Under the pieces are notes generated by a model. The model was given only the letters and a program-made list of their open reading frames with translations, was not told the DNA's origin and did not search any database. DNA of 62,850 nucleotides, filler included, from Asterionella formosa (lineage: Eukaryota): NCBI GenBank assembly GCA_002256025.1. It is 22 parts of 22 records of this genome, joined end to end, with 100 filler letters (N's around TTAATTAATTAA, not from the genome) between each part and the next. Parts side by side here need not be neighbours in the genome. Positions count along the whole stretch, not along the records: positions 1 to 26,604 come from NKIB01001681.1; 21 more parts are not named here. One strand, written 5' to 3'. A program made the position numbers and the translations under genes. Of this stretch, positions 1 to 10,897 are shown one piece after another (position 1 is the stretch's first letter; every line of letters starts with the position of its first letter).

Positions 1-6
1 TTGACA

Positions 7-350
7 TGTTGATGATAATTTTGATATATCAACGGCAGTGTCTGTATGATCAATCAAATTTGTACATTAGGTTAGTAGCATACACATGTTAGGTTATGCG
101 TATATAAGAACTCGTATATATTAGTTAGCTACCAAATCTAATCGGTTAACCAAAATTGTTGATGTATTGATCAAATGTTGTGTTATGTTGATAAAAATTT
201 TGATATATCAATGATTGTGTTGGTGTGGTCAATCAAATTTGTTTGTCAGATTACTTTCTTACACATGTCAGATTACGCATAGATAGAAGGCATATGTATT
301 AGTTATCAAAACTAATATGCTAACCAAATGCTTTGATATATTGATACGTT
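7..350. repeat. Diverged tandem repeat, ~179-bp period, ~2 copies
   Basis: ATGTTGAT...TTTTGATATATCAA...TCAATCAAATTTGT...TACACATGT.AG.TTA.GC.TA...TTAGTTA...TAACCAAA occurs from 7 and again from 186 with the same block order. Confidence 0.7.
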
Positions 351-2126
351 GTTTGATTGATCAATAGCTGTTGCTCTTTGATCAATTATTGTTTTGGTGA
401 AGGTTATGACTTCACACAGATCACCTTACATGTATGTAAACCTTGTACCCAACGATGCTATCAGAATGAATTCTGTGCAACAACGGTGCATTCCTTGTTG
501 CCATTCCGATTTGAATGCTCTACCGGTACATGCTTTGATCCAATTCTTGTACCGGTAGTATTCGTCATTATCTCTCCATTCGCATATCAGTAATCGAATT
601 TCTTACAAGCCATGTGCGTTTGTTGAACAATCCTGTACGAGCTACCTTCTTGCGGGGACGACGATGATCTCAGTCTTATAACGAATGATATGGTCTCGAT
701 ATTGATGGGGAATTATGCTGGCGAAGTTTGATTGTTTGTTTGTTACTCGAAATCAAAAGCTTTGGTCAATTTATACGACAGAGTTGGAGAACGATGCATT
801 GAAGGCCATACCCGATTCCAATTCCAACCGAAATCAAGAAGATAATACCTTTTGATCATAATTCGCCCATTGCGAACATCGATCCGTATTTCGAATCTGT
901 TCTTCAAGATGAGATGTGAATCAAAGTGAAGATGAACCAGATGGCGGCGTAGTTTGTTGCTCATGGCCTTAATCATGGGTTTTCCATTCTCATTGACTAG
1001 CTATTGGCGAGCACATTTGTATGCTGCAGAATTAGAGCTGCAACATCACTAATCAGGAAGTAGCTTCATTTCATTCAGGAAAAAGTAGCATCACATGAAC
1101 CTTGGAAATAACAATCATAACTTTGCTAAATAGCATTGTACTATCCCATTGTTTTAAGAAATCTCTTTATCGGCAACATCAGAGGCAATATTTAGGACAG
1201 CCTAAACCCATTGCCACACATATACTACTTTCCACAAAGTGACCGCTTTACATACATAGCTTAAATACTATATGTAGTGTAGCTTGTCCCACACATATCT
1301 TCTCACCACTCCAAAGTGTAGCAAAAAGCAAAATAAAAGGCAACTCCAGAAATGGTTGCCAATCCGGAAGAAGCAGTCCATGACTTGTTACCAAAGAGTT
1401 CCGAAATTGTAGGAGTGATTGGGAAAGTAAATAAAGAACAGGTCGAGGAGGAAAGTGATTTTCCCATTTATCCAGTAAGGAGTTGGAAATATTGAAACAG
1501 GACATGGTCGCCAGTCTGGATGTAGTTCATGGGTGCATATGGTGGCATATTGTTGTCTTTCTGATGTAGTCTAAAATCTCGAGGAAAGTGCTGAGTTTTC
1601 CATAAAATCATCGCTGGTCCTATATAATTCCGAAATTTCCTTAAAGTTTCAAATGATGTTTTGTTAAACAAGCCAGACTCTAGGACCACAAAAAATTTGT
1701 TGAGAACAAAATCTAGGACACTGTCATCTAGTCTCTTCTCCTTGCCTTTGTCATTATGATCAAAGTATCTAACCAGTAAGAGTCGTTCCTTACTCTTCCG
1801 TTGTCTCTTGAACAGACATGAAATACGCCATAGAAACACGTTTTTCCTGATTGAAAAATCTGCGATCGGTATCCCCTTCACAACCAAGATTGTTTCATTC
1901 CTTGTAGCACTCGGAACATTTGCCATTCCAGATAACAATTGATATATGGCACTATCGATAGCGTGCAAATGTCAAGTTGTCAAGAAAAACGTGACTGTAA
2001 CAGAACAAGGAAGCAGAAAGGGATGATGGTCTGTCAAATATAGGATTATACAGTGGGCAAGTGCTGGATCGGAAGCGATGCAGCACCGAAATACTCAGTA
2101 ATAGACATTAGATTGGTAGCGCAAAG

Positions 2127-2367
2127 CTACAGTTTCATAGTACCAGCTTATTAATAGGTACAGTTTCACTGTAGCCACCACGTCATGTTCCGACCGGGTA
2201 TTCAGACAAGGGAAAGAAGGGAATGCTGGTAGGGCAAACCTACAGTTTCACAGTACCAGCGTAGTAATACATACAGTTTCACTGTAGCAACGTCATGTTC
2301 CGACTGGGTAATGAGACAAGGGGAAGAAGGGAATGCTGGTAGGGCGAACCTACAGTTTCACAGTGCC
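2127..2367. repeat. Tandem repeat, ~110-113-bp unit, ~2.2 copies, with internal TACAGTTTCA subrepeat
   Basis: CTACAGTTTCA starts at 2127, 2240 and 2350. CGTCATGTTCCGAC.GGGTA...AGACAAGGG.AAGAAGGGAATGCTGGTAGGGC.AACC is present twice. Confidence 0.85.
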
Positions 2368-2950
2368 GTGTATTCGAATTCCTGTTAAGTCTTGGATATT
2401 TTATCTAATCATACATACTGGTAAGGTATTAAATGTTCCTTCGAAAAAGTTACAAGACATACAGAGATGTGATGTTATACATACTTTTTGAAGAAGAGGA
2501 AATGTTGAGATATTGTTAAAAAATTCATGCCGGTAGTGCATTCTATTCCAAATAACAAACTGATGAGGGAATGGTGATGGAGAGCCTCCTTCCGGTATCA
2601 AACCAACCGGTGAGAAGAGGTAAGTTATATGATTGTTTTGCTTCTCAACTGTGGCTATCAAGGGGCTTATGATCGGTACCATGTGAGTTCGGAAGCAAAA
2701 TTTAAAATTGTATCGCTGTTCGTGTGCGCTGCTGCCACTCAAAGTTTCTACACTTCCTCAGGAAGAACGATAAAAATCAACCTAATTACGAGGTAAGAAA
2801 CCGCACTTAATATGTTTGTGTACAATGCTGCAAAGGCTTTGTAGTGTCTGTGTCCATTAATTAGGATTTCGACATAAATAACATCATTCCCTTCCATATA
2901 TGCAGATGTGAGGGTTAACAACGCTACCCTGTCACCCATCGATCAACAGT

Positions 2951-3373
2951 GAGAGCATAGGTAAGTTACTATACTCTCATTTGATGCTAGTTATGTCGAT
3001 TCGAACGTGAAGTTACTATATAGATTGTTTATGTCATAAGTTTGTGGCACATGTGTGGCTGGAGATGCTTTAATCATTGTAACACTTTTGCTAACATTGA
3101 TGTTACCTCCTCAAAATCATACAGGAACCTTGGAGAATGTGGCTTGCTACCATTCTTAATGGAAGCAACAATCAACCATGAGAGCACAGGTAAGTTATAT
3201 GGACATTTCCAGCTCATACGGAAATTGGAGTGATGGATTGTTCATGTGATCATTTCGTTGCACATATCTTCGTTTAGATGCCTTGCTTGCTTGATGCAAC
3301 AGTTTTGCTAACATTGTTGTTATTATCTCTTACAGGAAAGTTGTACAAGAACATTGGAGAATGTGACTTGCTG
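2951..3373 (+). repeat. Duplicated ~225-bp unit carrying intron-like signals (GTAAGT...GCTAAC...ACAG)
   Basis: GAGAGCA.AG|GTAAGTTA at 2951-2968 and 3180-3197. TTTTGCTAACATTG at ~3086 and ~3303. TACAG at 3120-3124 and 3331-3335, each followed by a TTGGAGAATGTG.CTTGCT block. Confidence 0.55.
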
Positions 3374-3785
3374 CATTCACAATGGTAGAGGTTCGAATAA
3401 AGCATCATCAATTTCGTTCACTCTCTCATTTCATTTTGAAGAGGCAATGATCTAAACATAGCTACCGGAAGAAGTGAAAATTGAGTTATTGAAGACCACT
3501 GTGTGCTCATTCTGATAGAGTATGCACAGTGGAAAGTATGGGTGACCAGAAGTAGAATATTTGAGTATCAAATAGCAATCCATTTAATTCGATTTGTGTT
3601 CATCATTGATCGAACATGATAATAGGTTTGATCAATGAGAGAAATAAGTTAGATCAGTAGCAATGAACATTAGATCGAAAGCTAAAAATTCTATTTGATA
3701 TTAGCATTCCAACGGTTAGACCAAATGAATAACTGATTTGATCTCATGATTACTATCTTTAGATCGAACACCAAAATGTTAGTTG

Positions 3786-3856
3786 ATATCAATCAGTTTT
3801 TTGGTATGATCAATCAGTATTTCTGTATGATCAATCAGTTTTTTTGTATGATCAAT
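3786..3856. repeat. Minisatellite, ~21-bp unit (TGTATGATCAATCAGTTTTTT-like), ~3.5 copies
   Basis: ATCAATCAGT recurs every 21 bp. It explains the spurious MINQFF repeats in ORF 3746..3976. Confidence 0.8.
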
Positions 3857-3899
3857 AAAAAAATGGCTCGTCATAGTGAGAATTTTTGGGGTAGTGGGT

Positions 3900-5200
3900 C
3901 TTACAGCAAAACTGTTAGGCCAAACGGTTTTTTATTTACAGACGATTCAACATCTTCATCGTCATTCATGTTCTGACGATTTCCACAATGTCGTAAATTG
4001 ATGTGACTACCAGCAACAGCATCTTGTGGAAGTTGATCTCCACCATATTTCTTCATTTGCTCTTCTGGGATTTCAGGGAAAGAAAATTATGTGTTGGGAA
4101 AGTGACTTGGAGGTGCTTTACTGACCAATCCGCTACGGTTCATTGTTGCTTGCACAGATCGATTATCCTTTACAAGATCACCACACAATTGTTGATAATA
4201 TTCCAATAAAACATCAGTACATTGATCAGTGAGACCTCCTGACACTGAACTTTGCTCTCTCGTACTTTTCTTGAAAAGTGGTTTTCCACCGATATCAACA
4301 ACATCCTGCCAGTAACAAGGAAATTGGTCTTGAGGTAGATAAGAGGAAGATGTAAGGAAACAAAATGCTTCTGTAGATTTATTAATAACCGAACCAACAA
4401 ACCTTGATTGTAATTCAGATTAAGCTTGATCACTTTAAAGGAATTTAATTCACCCAACTTTCTATCCTATTAGAGAGGGGTCGCCACGACTGACCCTGCC
4501 TATAACATGAACTCGAGCAAGAACATTAATCCATAGGTGATAGGAATTTCTTGCTCTATCAATGAAACTTGCTTGAGCAAACGCATACAACTTGCATGCC
4601 CAACCAATAAACTCCGAAGGACCAAGCTTGTTGAAGTAATCTTCTGTAACACTAACTAAGACAAGAGAATGTTTAGAACATTGAAGTAGAAGAAATAAAT
4701 GTTTTAACTGTTGAACAAAGTATCACAATTGACTACTTAAAATCGATTAAAAATGATTGTTGAATTTATTTTGTCGTTCTCGCATTTTATTAATGCACAT
4801 ACCTCCAAATGTAGAGTTGATATATTCTAAATGTGCTTTGTTTGCTTGTTCGTTCCATTCTATAACTATCCGGAAGTTGTGCATCACATCCACTCCATAT
4901 GTAATTTGAAAGTTCAGGATCACTCTCTGCTCCTTCTTTGCCTAACTGCGGTTTTAGTTGAAACAACCGGGAGATACATCGGTTAGCAAACCAATCAGCA
5001 TTCACATCCCATATGCCTACGGAGTTGCAACTTGCAGATATGACTGGTTGTTTTATAGCCTTTTTGGGAAATGCAAAAATAGGTTGAAGTGATTTCCTTT
5101 TAGTAACAAAACATCCATAGTATGTCTGATGTACAGCAATACATCACTTACCAGTTCACAGCAAAATTTCTTCGTTTTGAAAATATAACTAACATCTTTT
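3900..5200 (-). pseudogene. Possible decayed intron-containing gene of unknown family
   Basis: Stop-interrupted minus-strand reading segments (4790..5005, 4170..4457 and flanks) with a GTATGT donor near 4800 and a polypyrimidine-TTAG acceptor near 4655. No recognisable domain. Confidence 0.2.
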
Positions 5201-6704
5201 GTGACAACAGAGGGACCCATTTTAGCTAAAAAAACAAACGTTGTGCTGAAATCGCTGTTAAAGCGGTTGAATATTCATAACCACGTAAACTAAATGCGTG
5301 CTTTCTATTCAAGTGTTTATTTGCTTACCTGAATATGTATACTTGTGGGGAAAAATTCAATGTGAAAAAATGACGGTCACAGCAAGTGCTGTTGTTGGAT
5401 CAATGCTCACAAGAATCACCTGTTAGAACATAAGTAACACATCCTTTTACATCTATCAGAGAAATTGTATACAAAGAGTATATGGAAGTTCTAAACATCA
5501 ATGTCTTCACGATTTATTGAGGAATATGGAAACTGAACATGGATTTGTATAATTGTTGCGGTAAGTGACCGTGCCATCATGATTGGAACTGCCTGTTGTA
5601 GAAAAAGCTAAACAAGCCAAACACACATTTACTTCTCATTGTTAGTTAATACAGTGAACAATCAAAATGGATTGATTGACACATTGTCTTGAGAAAACCT
5701 GTGTGACAATACATCTATTCATGTTAATTGAAAATAGAATGGAACTGCATGTTGTTGCATAAGAATAATATGACTAACAAGAATTTGCTCCTCAGATGTT
5801 ACAACATTAACGTGAATACTAATAATGAAGGAAAGCTCTGATACTGATTTCAAGGGAATGGGGAGAGGCAACCCGCCGGTATCAGCAACATCAGTTTATC
5901 CTTCAGAATCAGAGAAGTACAAGGGAAAGGCAGAAGTGGGCAGTTACACTTGTGTCAGAAACTGGGTAGCAGGGAAGCAGCAGACAAGAGAGTGAACAGG
6001 AGTGAGACGGTGTGAGACAAGTCTTTATATAGAGAGATAGAAACAATTCTAAATTTAGTAGTTAAATTGCAATCCGTTTCCACATATTTTGGACAGGTAC
6101 TTTCATAGTAATACAATTGGATTAATATGGCTATGATATGAACAAATACACAATATAGGATGTAGCTAAGGTAAATCGATGATGGTCTTGTAAATACAAT
6201 TAGTAATTCATGGTCATGAGAAGAGCGATTGAAATTCAAAGAGAAGTAGTGATTTCGACTTGAGTTGTTGTTACTCAATTATTGTATTTGTATGATGAAT
6301 TGTGGTTACCGTTATGAGCCAATATTGATCAATATAAAAACATTTTGATCAAAAATTTTTAAGTATAAACATGCTAATCAAAAATTCATGTGTAGTATGT
6401 TATGTACCTATAACACAAATAACAAAATGCTTATCATGCAAGAAAAATTCTGTGTCAGTTATTGTACGATACCCCTGATCTTATATGTACAATACTTTTC
6501 ATTTGCAGACGATGTATCGATATATATATGCATACAATATCTCTCTCACTAGGCCACAAAAAATTCGAAATTCTGCAAATTTAGGGTTAATGGTTCTCCG
6601 GATCACAAGTAAACAGCCGTTACCACGCACCAACACACTGCAGTGGCATAGAAATGTATGACTACCATGTAATTCATTTTTCTGCCCCCTCCTGAGGTTG
6701 CTGG

Positions 6705-6782
6705 CCCCTGAACATTTTTTTGAGATGGCACCAAACACCCAATCATTTTCTAGACATAGACAAAGTAACGTGATATAATTCT
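6705..6782 (+). repeat. Dispersed repeat (DNA-transposon subterminal-like), second copy at 32095-32171
   Basis: CCCCTG.ACATTTTTT.GAG.TGGCACCAAA.ACCCAAT..TTTTCTAGACA.AGACAAAGTAA.GTG.TAT.ATTCT is shared by both sites. Confidence 0.75.
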
Positions 6783-7679
6783 ATTGTTCCTCGTAGACAC
6801 TGGTATATATCTAGCTATGATGTTGCGATTCCTTTGTACATATTAAACACTAGAGAAGACGGTAGCGGTTGTGATCAGCTGGAGAATCCTGCATCATGTT
6901 GTCGCAACCTTGACCATGACGAAAATTCGAATTATCTCTGCGAAAATTGAGAACAATTCTTTTTATATTTTGTGGATGAAGTTGAAACATCTAGAGATTC
7001 CTGATTCCAGATCAGGTTATGAGAGTGTCAATATATTTTCGTCTTTAGTGACCTGATTAGGAACATGTACCACTTTCAGGAGAAGTTCTCTATAACCTTT
7101 TAAATGGACTCTAGTAGCAGAAGGCGATCAGACCTACTAGAGGCCAAATCAGTATATGATTGATTAGACAATTACAGATATGTCCGCAAAATCAAGAAAC
7201 ATATAGAGAAGCAAAATAGATATGATCTAGTAGTTATGATTAACAGTATCATTCTGTAAGCAGTCTTTGATCAAACAGCATCTGGCCTAAGTTGAGACAG
7301 GCCAAGATTAAGACAAATGTGTATTTAGGAAGAGGATGTAGTTTATTCTCAGTTCAAGTTGGGAACACAAATGAACCTCACCTCCAAAAATCACCTCTAT
7401 TTTGAAACATGCATGAGATTGGAAGTTTTAAAATTATACATTCAAATTCTACATTTACATTAAGCTCACTCTTTTATCAAAGCAACTTAATTAGCAAACA
7501 AAGGAAAACAAACAAATTGTGTAGAAACATTTTTCTAGCAACTTTTACTGCTGAGAGCTACAGATACGTAGCATCTACCAACTGATGAACATAAAAATTA
7601 TAAGAATACAAATCAAACAATTTGGTGAAAAAAAGTAACTGTAGTCGTATAGGAAGACGGGTCAAAAATTGAAGTGACC

Positions 7680-8876
7680 ATGACAATACCTACTAGAGTA
7701 CTTCCTTTGATTTCTGGCCTCACGCTACTTGGCGTTGTCGCATGGACCGTGAATACACAACCAGAAGCTACGGGCGACCTTCTGATGACAGTCAGAAGGC
7801 TGATGGACCCACGAACAGTCGAAATTAAAGGATCACACTCTGCTAGTTCCTATCTCCTCGATCCGTTTCCTTTCGCACTCCCCGAGCAAGCCAGAGATTG
7901 GTGCGTTGAAACAGACCTTGGCCGCCTACCGTATGAGCGATGTGATCCAAATAAACCACTGAATGTGATTCGCCTCGTTGGAGGTATGACAAATGCATTC
8001 AAGGGAGTATTGCTGGGAGCGATTCTATCCTTTGAAGAAAACAGGTGTTTTTACTTAGATGAATCAAGATCGCATCTGCGATTACGAAATAAAGATCAGG
8101 GTGAAGACCCTATCCCTTCTATTGTCAACAGATACTTTGAGCCCATTGGTCTTCAAAAGGACCACCCAAAGGTGAAACAAGCCTTCAGCGATGGGTCATA
8201 CGAGGAGCGACCATTCATTACTCTCTGGGATGACATACGTGTCCGTCGGCCACTTAATACTTCATCTTCCATTGAAAACCTCTTTTATCATGAAATTGAA
8301 GGCCATTACTTGAAACGCATAATGATGAGGCGCATGTGGAGATTCTTACCGCAGTTCCGAAATCGTGCCTGTTCGGGATTAGAGACCCATTTGCCATCAT
8401 CAGAGGACTACATCGCAATGTCAGTTCGTCGAGGCGATAAAACAACGGAAGGAATAATTTATCTCGAGATGAGCATGTACATTGACGAAGCACAGAAAGC
8501 AATTGGTACTATATTTGATGGTAGAGTACCGACTATTTTTGTTGCAACCGATGATTGTAGCGCTCTTGGCGAGCTTCGCTCACTTCGACCAAGTTGGACC
8601 TTTGTGAGCGAATGTGATTTTGCAACCAAGGATTCGTCGGACCTTCACGGTTTCGCCCTCACGGATATGAAGGACTGGACTATGGAGCAGACAGATGCGC
8701 ATTTTGAAAAGTTTTTTGTTGAGCTGCTTGGCCTGGTGTCGGCCAAGTATTTTATTGGAACGTCATACACAAATGTGAGTTGGTGGGTGTTTTTTATGCG
8801 CAAGCCGGATCGGAACATGTTTCAGATATTAGATCCTCCGGCTGATAACAAAGATCACCTCTTGAATTTTTGGTAA
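7680..8876 (+). CDS. Type II membrane glycosyltransferase, alpha-1,6-fucosyltransferase-like (GT23/FUT8/NodZ superfamily), copy 1
   Basis: Intact ~398-aa ORF (first ATG at 7680) with an N-terminal hydrophobic anchor. It has fucosyltransferase motif I (AMSVRRGDK), motif II (IFVATDD) and a motif III-like stretch (ELLGLVSAKYFIGTSYTNVS). Paralog at 14917. Confidence 0.8.
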   Translation: MTIPTRVLPLISGLTLLGVVAWTVNTQPEATGDLLMTVRRLMDPRTVEIKGSHSASSYLLDPFPFALPEQARDWCVETDLGRLPYERCDPNKPLNVIRLVGGMTNAFKGVLLGAILSFEENRCFYLDESRSHLRLRNKDQGEDPIPSIVNRYFEPIGLQKDHPKVKQAFSDGSYEERPFITLWDDIRVRRPLNTSSSIENLFYHEIEGHYLKRIMMRRMWRFLPQFRNRACSGLETHLPSSEDYIAMSVRRGDKTTEGIIYLEMSMYIDEAQKAIGTIFDGRVPTIFVATDDCSALGELRSLRPSWTFVSECDFATKDSSDLHGFALTDMKDWTMEQTDAHFEKFFVELLGLVSAKYFIGTSYTNVSWWVFFMRKPDRNMFQILDPPADNKDHLLNFW

Positions 8877-8991
8877 TCTTAAAAGGTTGAATACCTTCAT
8901 GGATTTCGCAATCCTCAGGCTGATAACAAGATCTCCTCTTGAATTTTTGGCAATCTTAATAAGAGGTTGAATACCTTGATGGATTTCGCAA
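8833..8991 (+). repeat. 78-bp tandem duplication of the 3' end and stop region of GT copy 1
   Basis: ATCCTC.GGCTGATAACAA...TCTTGAATTTTTGG(T/C)AATCTTAA...GGTTGAATACCTT.ATGGATTTCGCA at 8833-8910 and 8911-8991. Confidence 0.9.
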
Positions 8992-9613
8992 ACACTGTTC
9001 AAGCTTTGAACGGAAAATTGTACACGACAGCTACTTTATAGAATAGGCTCGCTTTCTATAAGTCAGATTTCATGATTGATTGTGAAACTCGTTTGCTTCG
9101 GATAAAATGAGTGAGGACAGAGTTGGTTTATCTTTTTATGAAAGCAAACGTCAGTCATTCAAAGTATATGATATACTTGTATTAGTCTGGAAAATTTATG
9201 GCAATGGCATATTGTGATGTAGGCACCCGTACATATACTGTATGCCGCGGCATTGGTGTTGTCTATTAGTTGCCGCAACCGCATTTGTGAATTCAATTCA
9301 GCATGATGGTTGGCATTCATGGCTGCCTAAAAATACCCATACCGTGGTAACAATTCCTACCGTACATACGATTGTTGATGTTATTTTTGCTAGAAACATC
9401 ATATGTATGGATTTGCACGAATGAACGATATTATGACCCAAAGTTTGAGAATGACCATTTCGTGACAAGTACTAGCAGAGAAATATTGCAACGTGCCCCG
9501 GGTAAGCAAAGTCATTCAATAGTGAACAGGCACAGTATGGTGGAAATATGTATGACCAATACGTATGTATGTTGAACAACCCATGCATGGATTTATACCG
9601 GGCAGCCAACAGC

Positions 9614-9651
9614 TACCTGGCTGGTATCTGGTACCTGGTACCTGGTACCAG
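9614..9651. repeat. CTGGTAC heptamer / GGTACC-palindrome array
   Basis: CTGGTATCTGGTACCTGGTACCTGGTACCAG. The same motif family recurs at many sites in the window. Confidence 0.8.
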
Positions 9652-9889
9652 ACAGCAGTAAAACCAACAGGGTATTAAATTAATTATATAGCACACAATA
9701 GTAGAATATTATTTGGTAAATAGTTTCTCTGTGGCATCGTCGTGATTGTGTCAACAGGTGTTTTATATCTTTCTTGCCAAGTATAATAGTACTATATTCA
9801 TTCATGGGAATACAAAATGACTTTTGTCCAGATACGCCATTGCGTCCAAGAATAGAATTATCGGTACATATGGTGCCTGGTACCAGGTA

Positions 9890-10897
9890 CTCCCTCTGTC
9901 CAATAACAGTTGCATCGATTCGCCGGCACCACCAGTGTCTTTACTGCTCGCATTTAAAGGATTACGTAGCTAACATACCATCTTTCGGCTTCCTCGAAAA
10001 AATGCGTTTTTTATGAGTTACATAGATGTGAACATATACTCTGTTTTTGTAATTAAATATTTAGCATATAAATAAGTTAATCGAAACCAATTTAACATAT
10101 ATTTATACATCCGTACATGAATATAGATATCAAGCAAGCAAGCAATGCTAATGTGTTGATTTTGCATCATCATTTTTGTCAAAATGGATGTTGACATCGC
10201 CAATGCGCCCATTCCTGATGGTCAAATCCTTAACTTGATGGCCAGAAACAATGGCCGCAGCTGTGCCCACAATCACTGTTGCAGATCAACAGTAAAGGTT
10301 GGCTCTGTGGTTTTCTTCTCTTTCTGTGTTGTGTTGGACGAGATCCTCCAAGGACTCGAGGATGCTATTGATCAATAATTTGCGGGAAAGCGATGCAAAC
10401 ACATAAGTATCATCATTTCAATAGGATTTGAGCACGCGGTTCCAAATACGTTGTATGGTTGTTTTATCAACTTTGAACCAAACCACCAAAAATTTAATAG
10501 TTCCACGCACTAAAATGAGCCAACCATCTATTTGGTCCCCTCCATCAGGTCCTTTTTGGAGGTTCCGTAAACCATAATCCAACACGAGTTGACGCTCTTC
10601 TGTTGTTAGATCCTTTCTCATGTGCTTGTTGACAAGAGGTGGTGGCAAGAAAAAAAGGGGGGGGTCAGGCATCTGCATTTCACTCGAGATAAGCAAAAGT
10701 AAAAGTCGAAAAAGCCGAAAAACGTTTTTTTTCAAATGTAGTTGCCAATTTTAATCTTTCTTGATACACTTTATACATGGATCCGTAGCCTAGAGCAAGC
10801 TGCACCATTGGGCTATTGATCTGGAGAAAATCGTAGGAGTCAAAATGGCCCCGGATTTATTCGAATTATCGATGCAACTGTTATTGGCCAGAGGGAG
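9890..10897 (-). mobile_element. Non-autonomous Tc1/mariner (Stowaway-type termini) element, 1008 bp, TA TSD
   Basis: 30-bp TIRs CTCCCTCTG(T/G)CCAATAACAGTTGCATCGAT at 9890-9919 and 10868-10897 (1 mismatch), flanked by TA on both sides. It contains a truncated transposase N-terminus on the minus strand (MRKDLTTEERQLVL...FKVDKTTIQRIWNR, ~10418-10621). Confidence 0.88.
10184..10378 (+). pseudogene. Passenger ORF remnant inside the mariner element with a GRSCxxxxCC motif
   Basis: DGQILNLMARNNGRSCAHNHCCRSTVKVGSVVFF resembles the decayed frame at ~32295-32410 (DGDELLGQNAFNNGCSCEQHECCGKVV*SDDVIMF). Confidence 0.45.
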
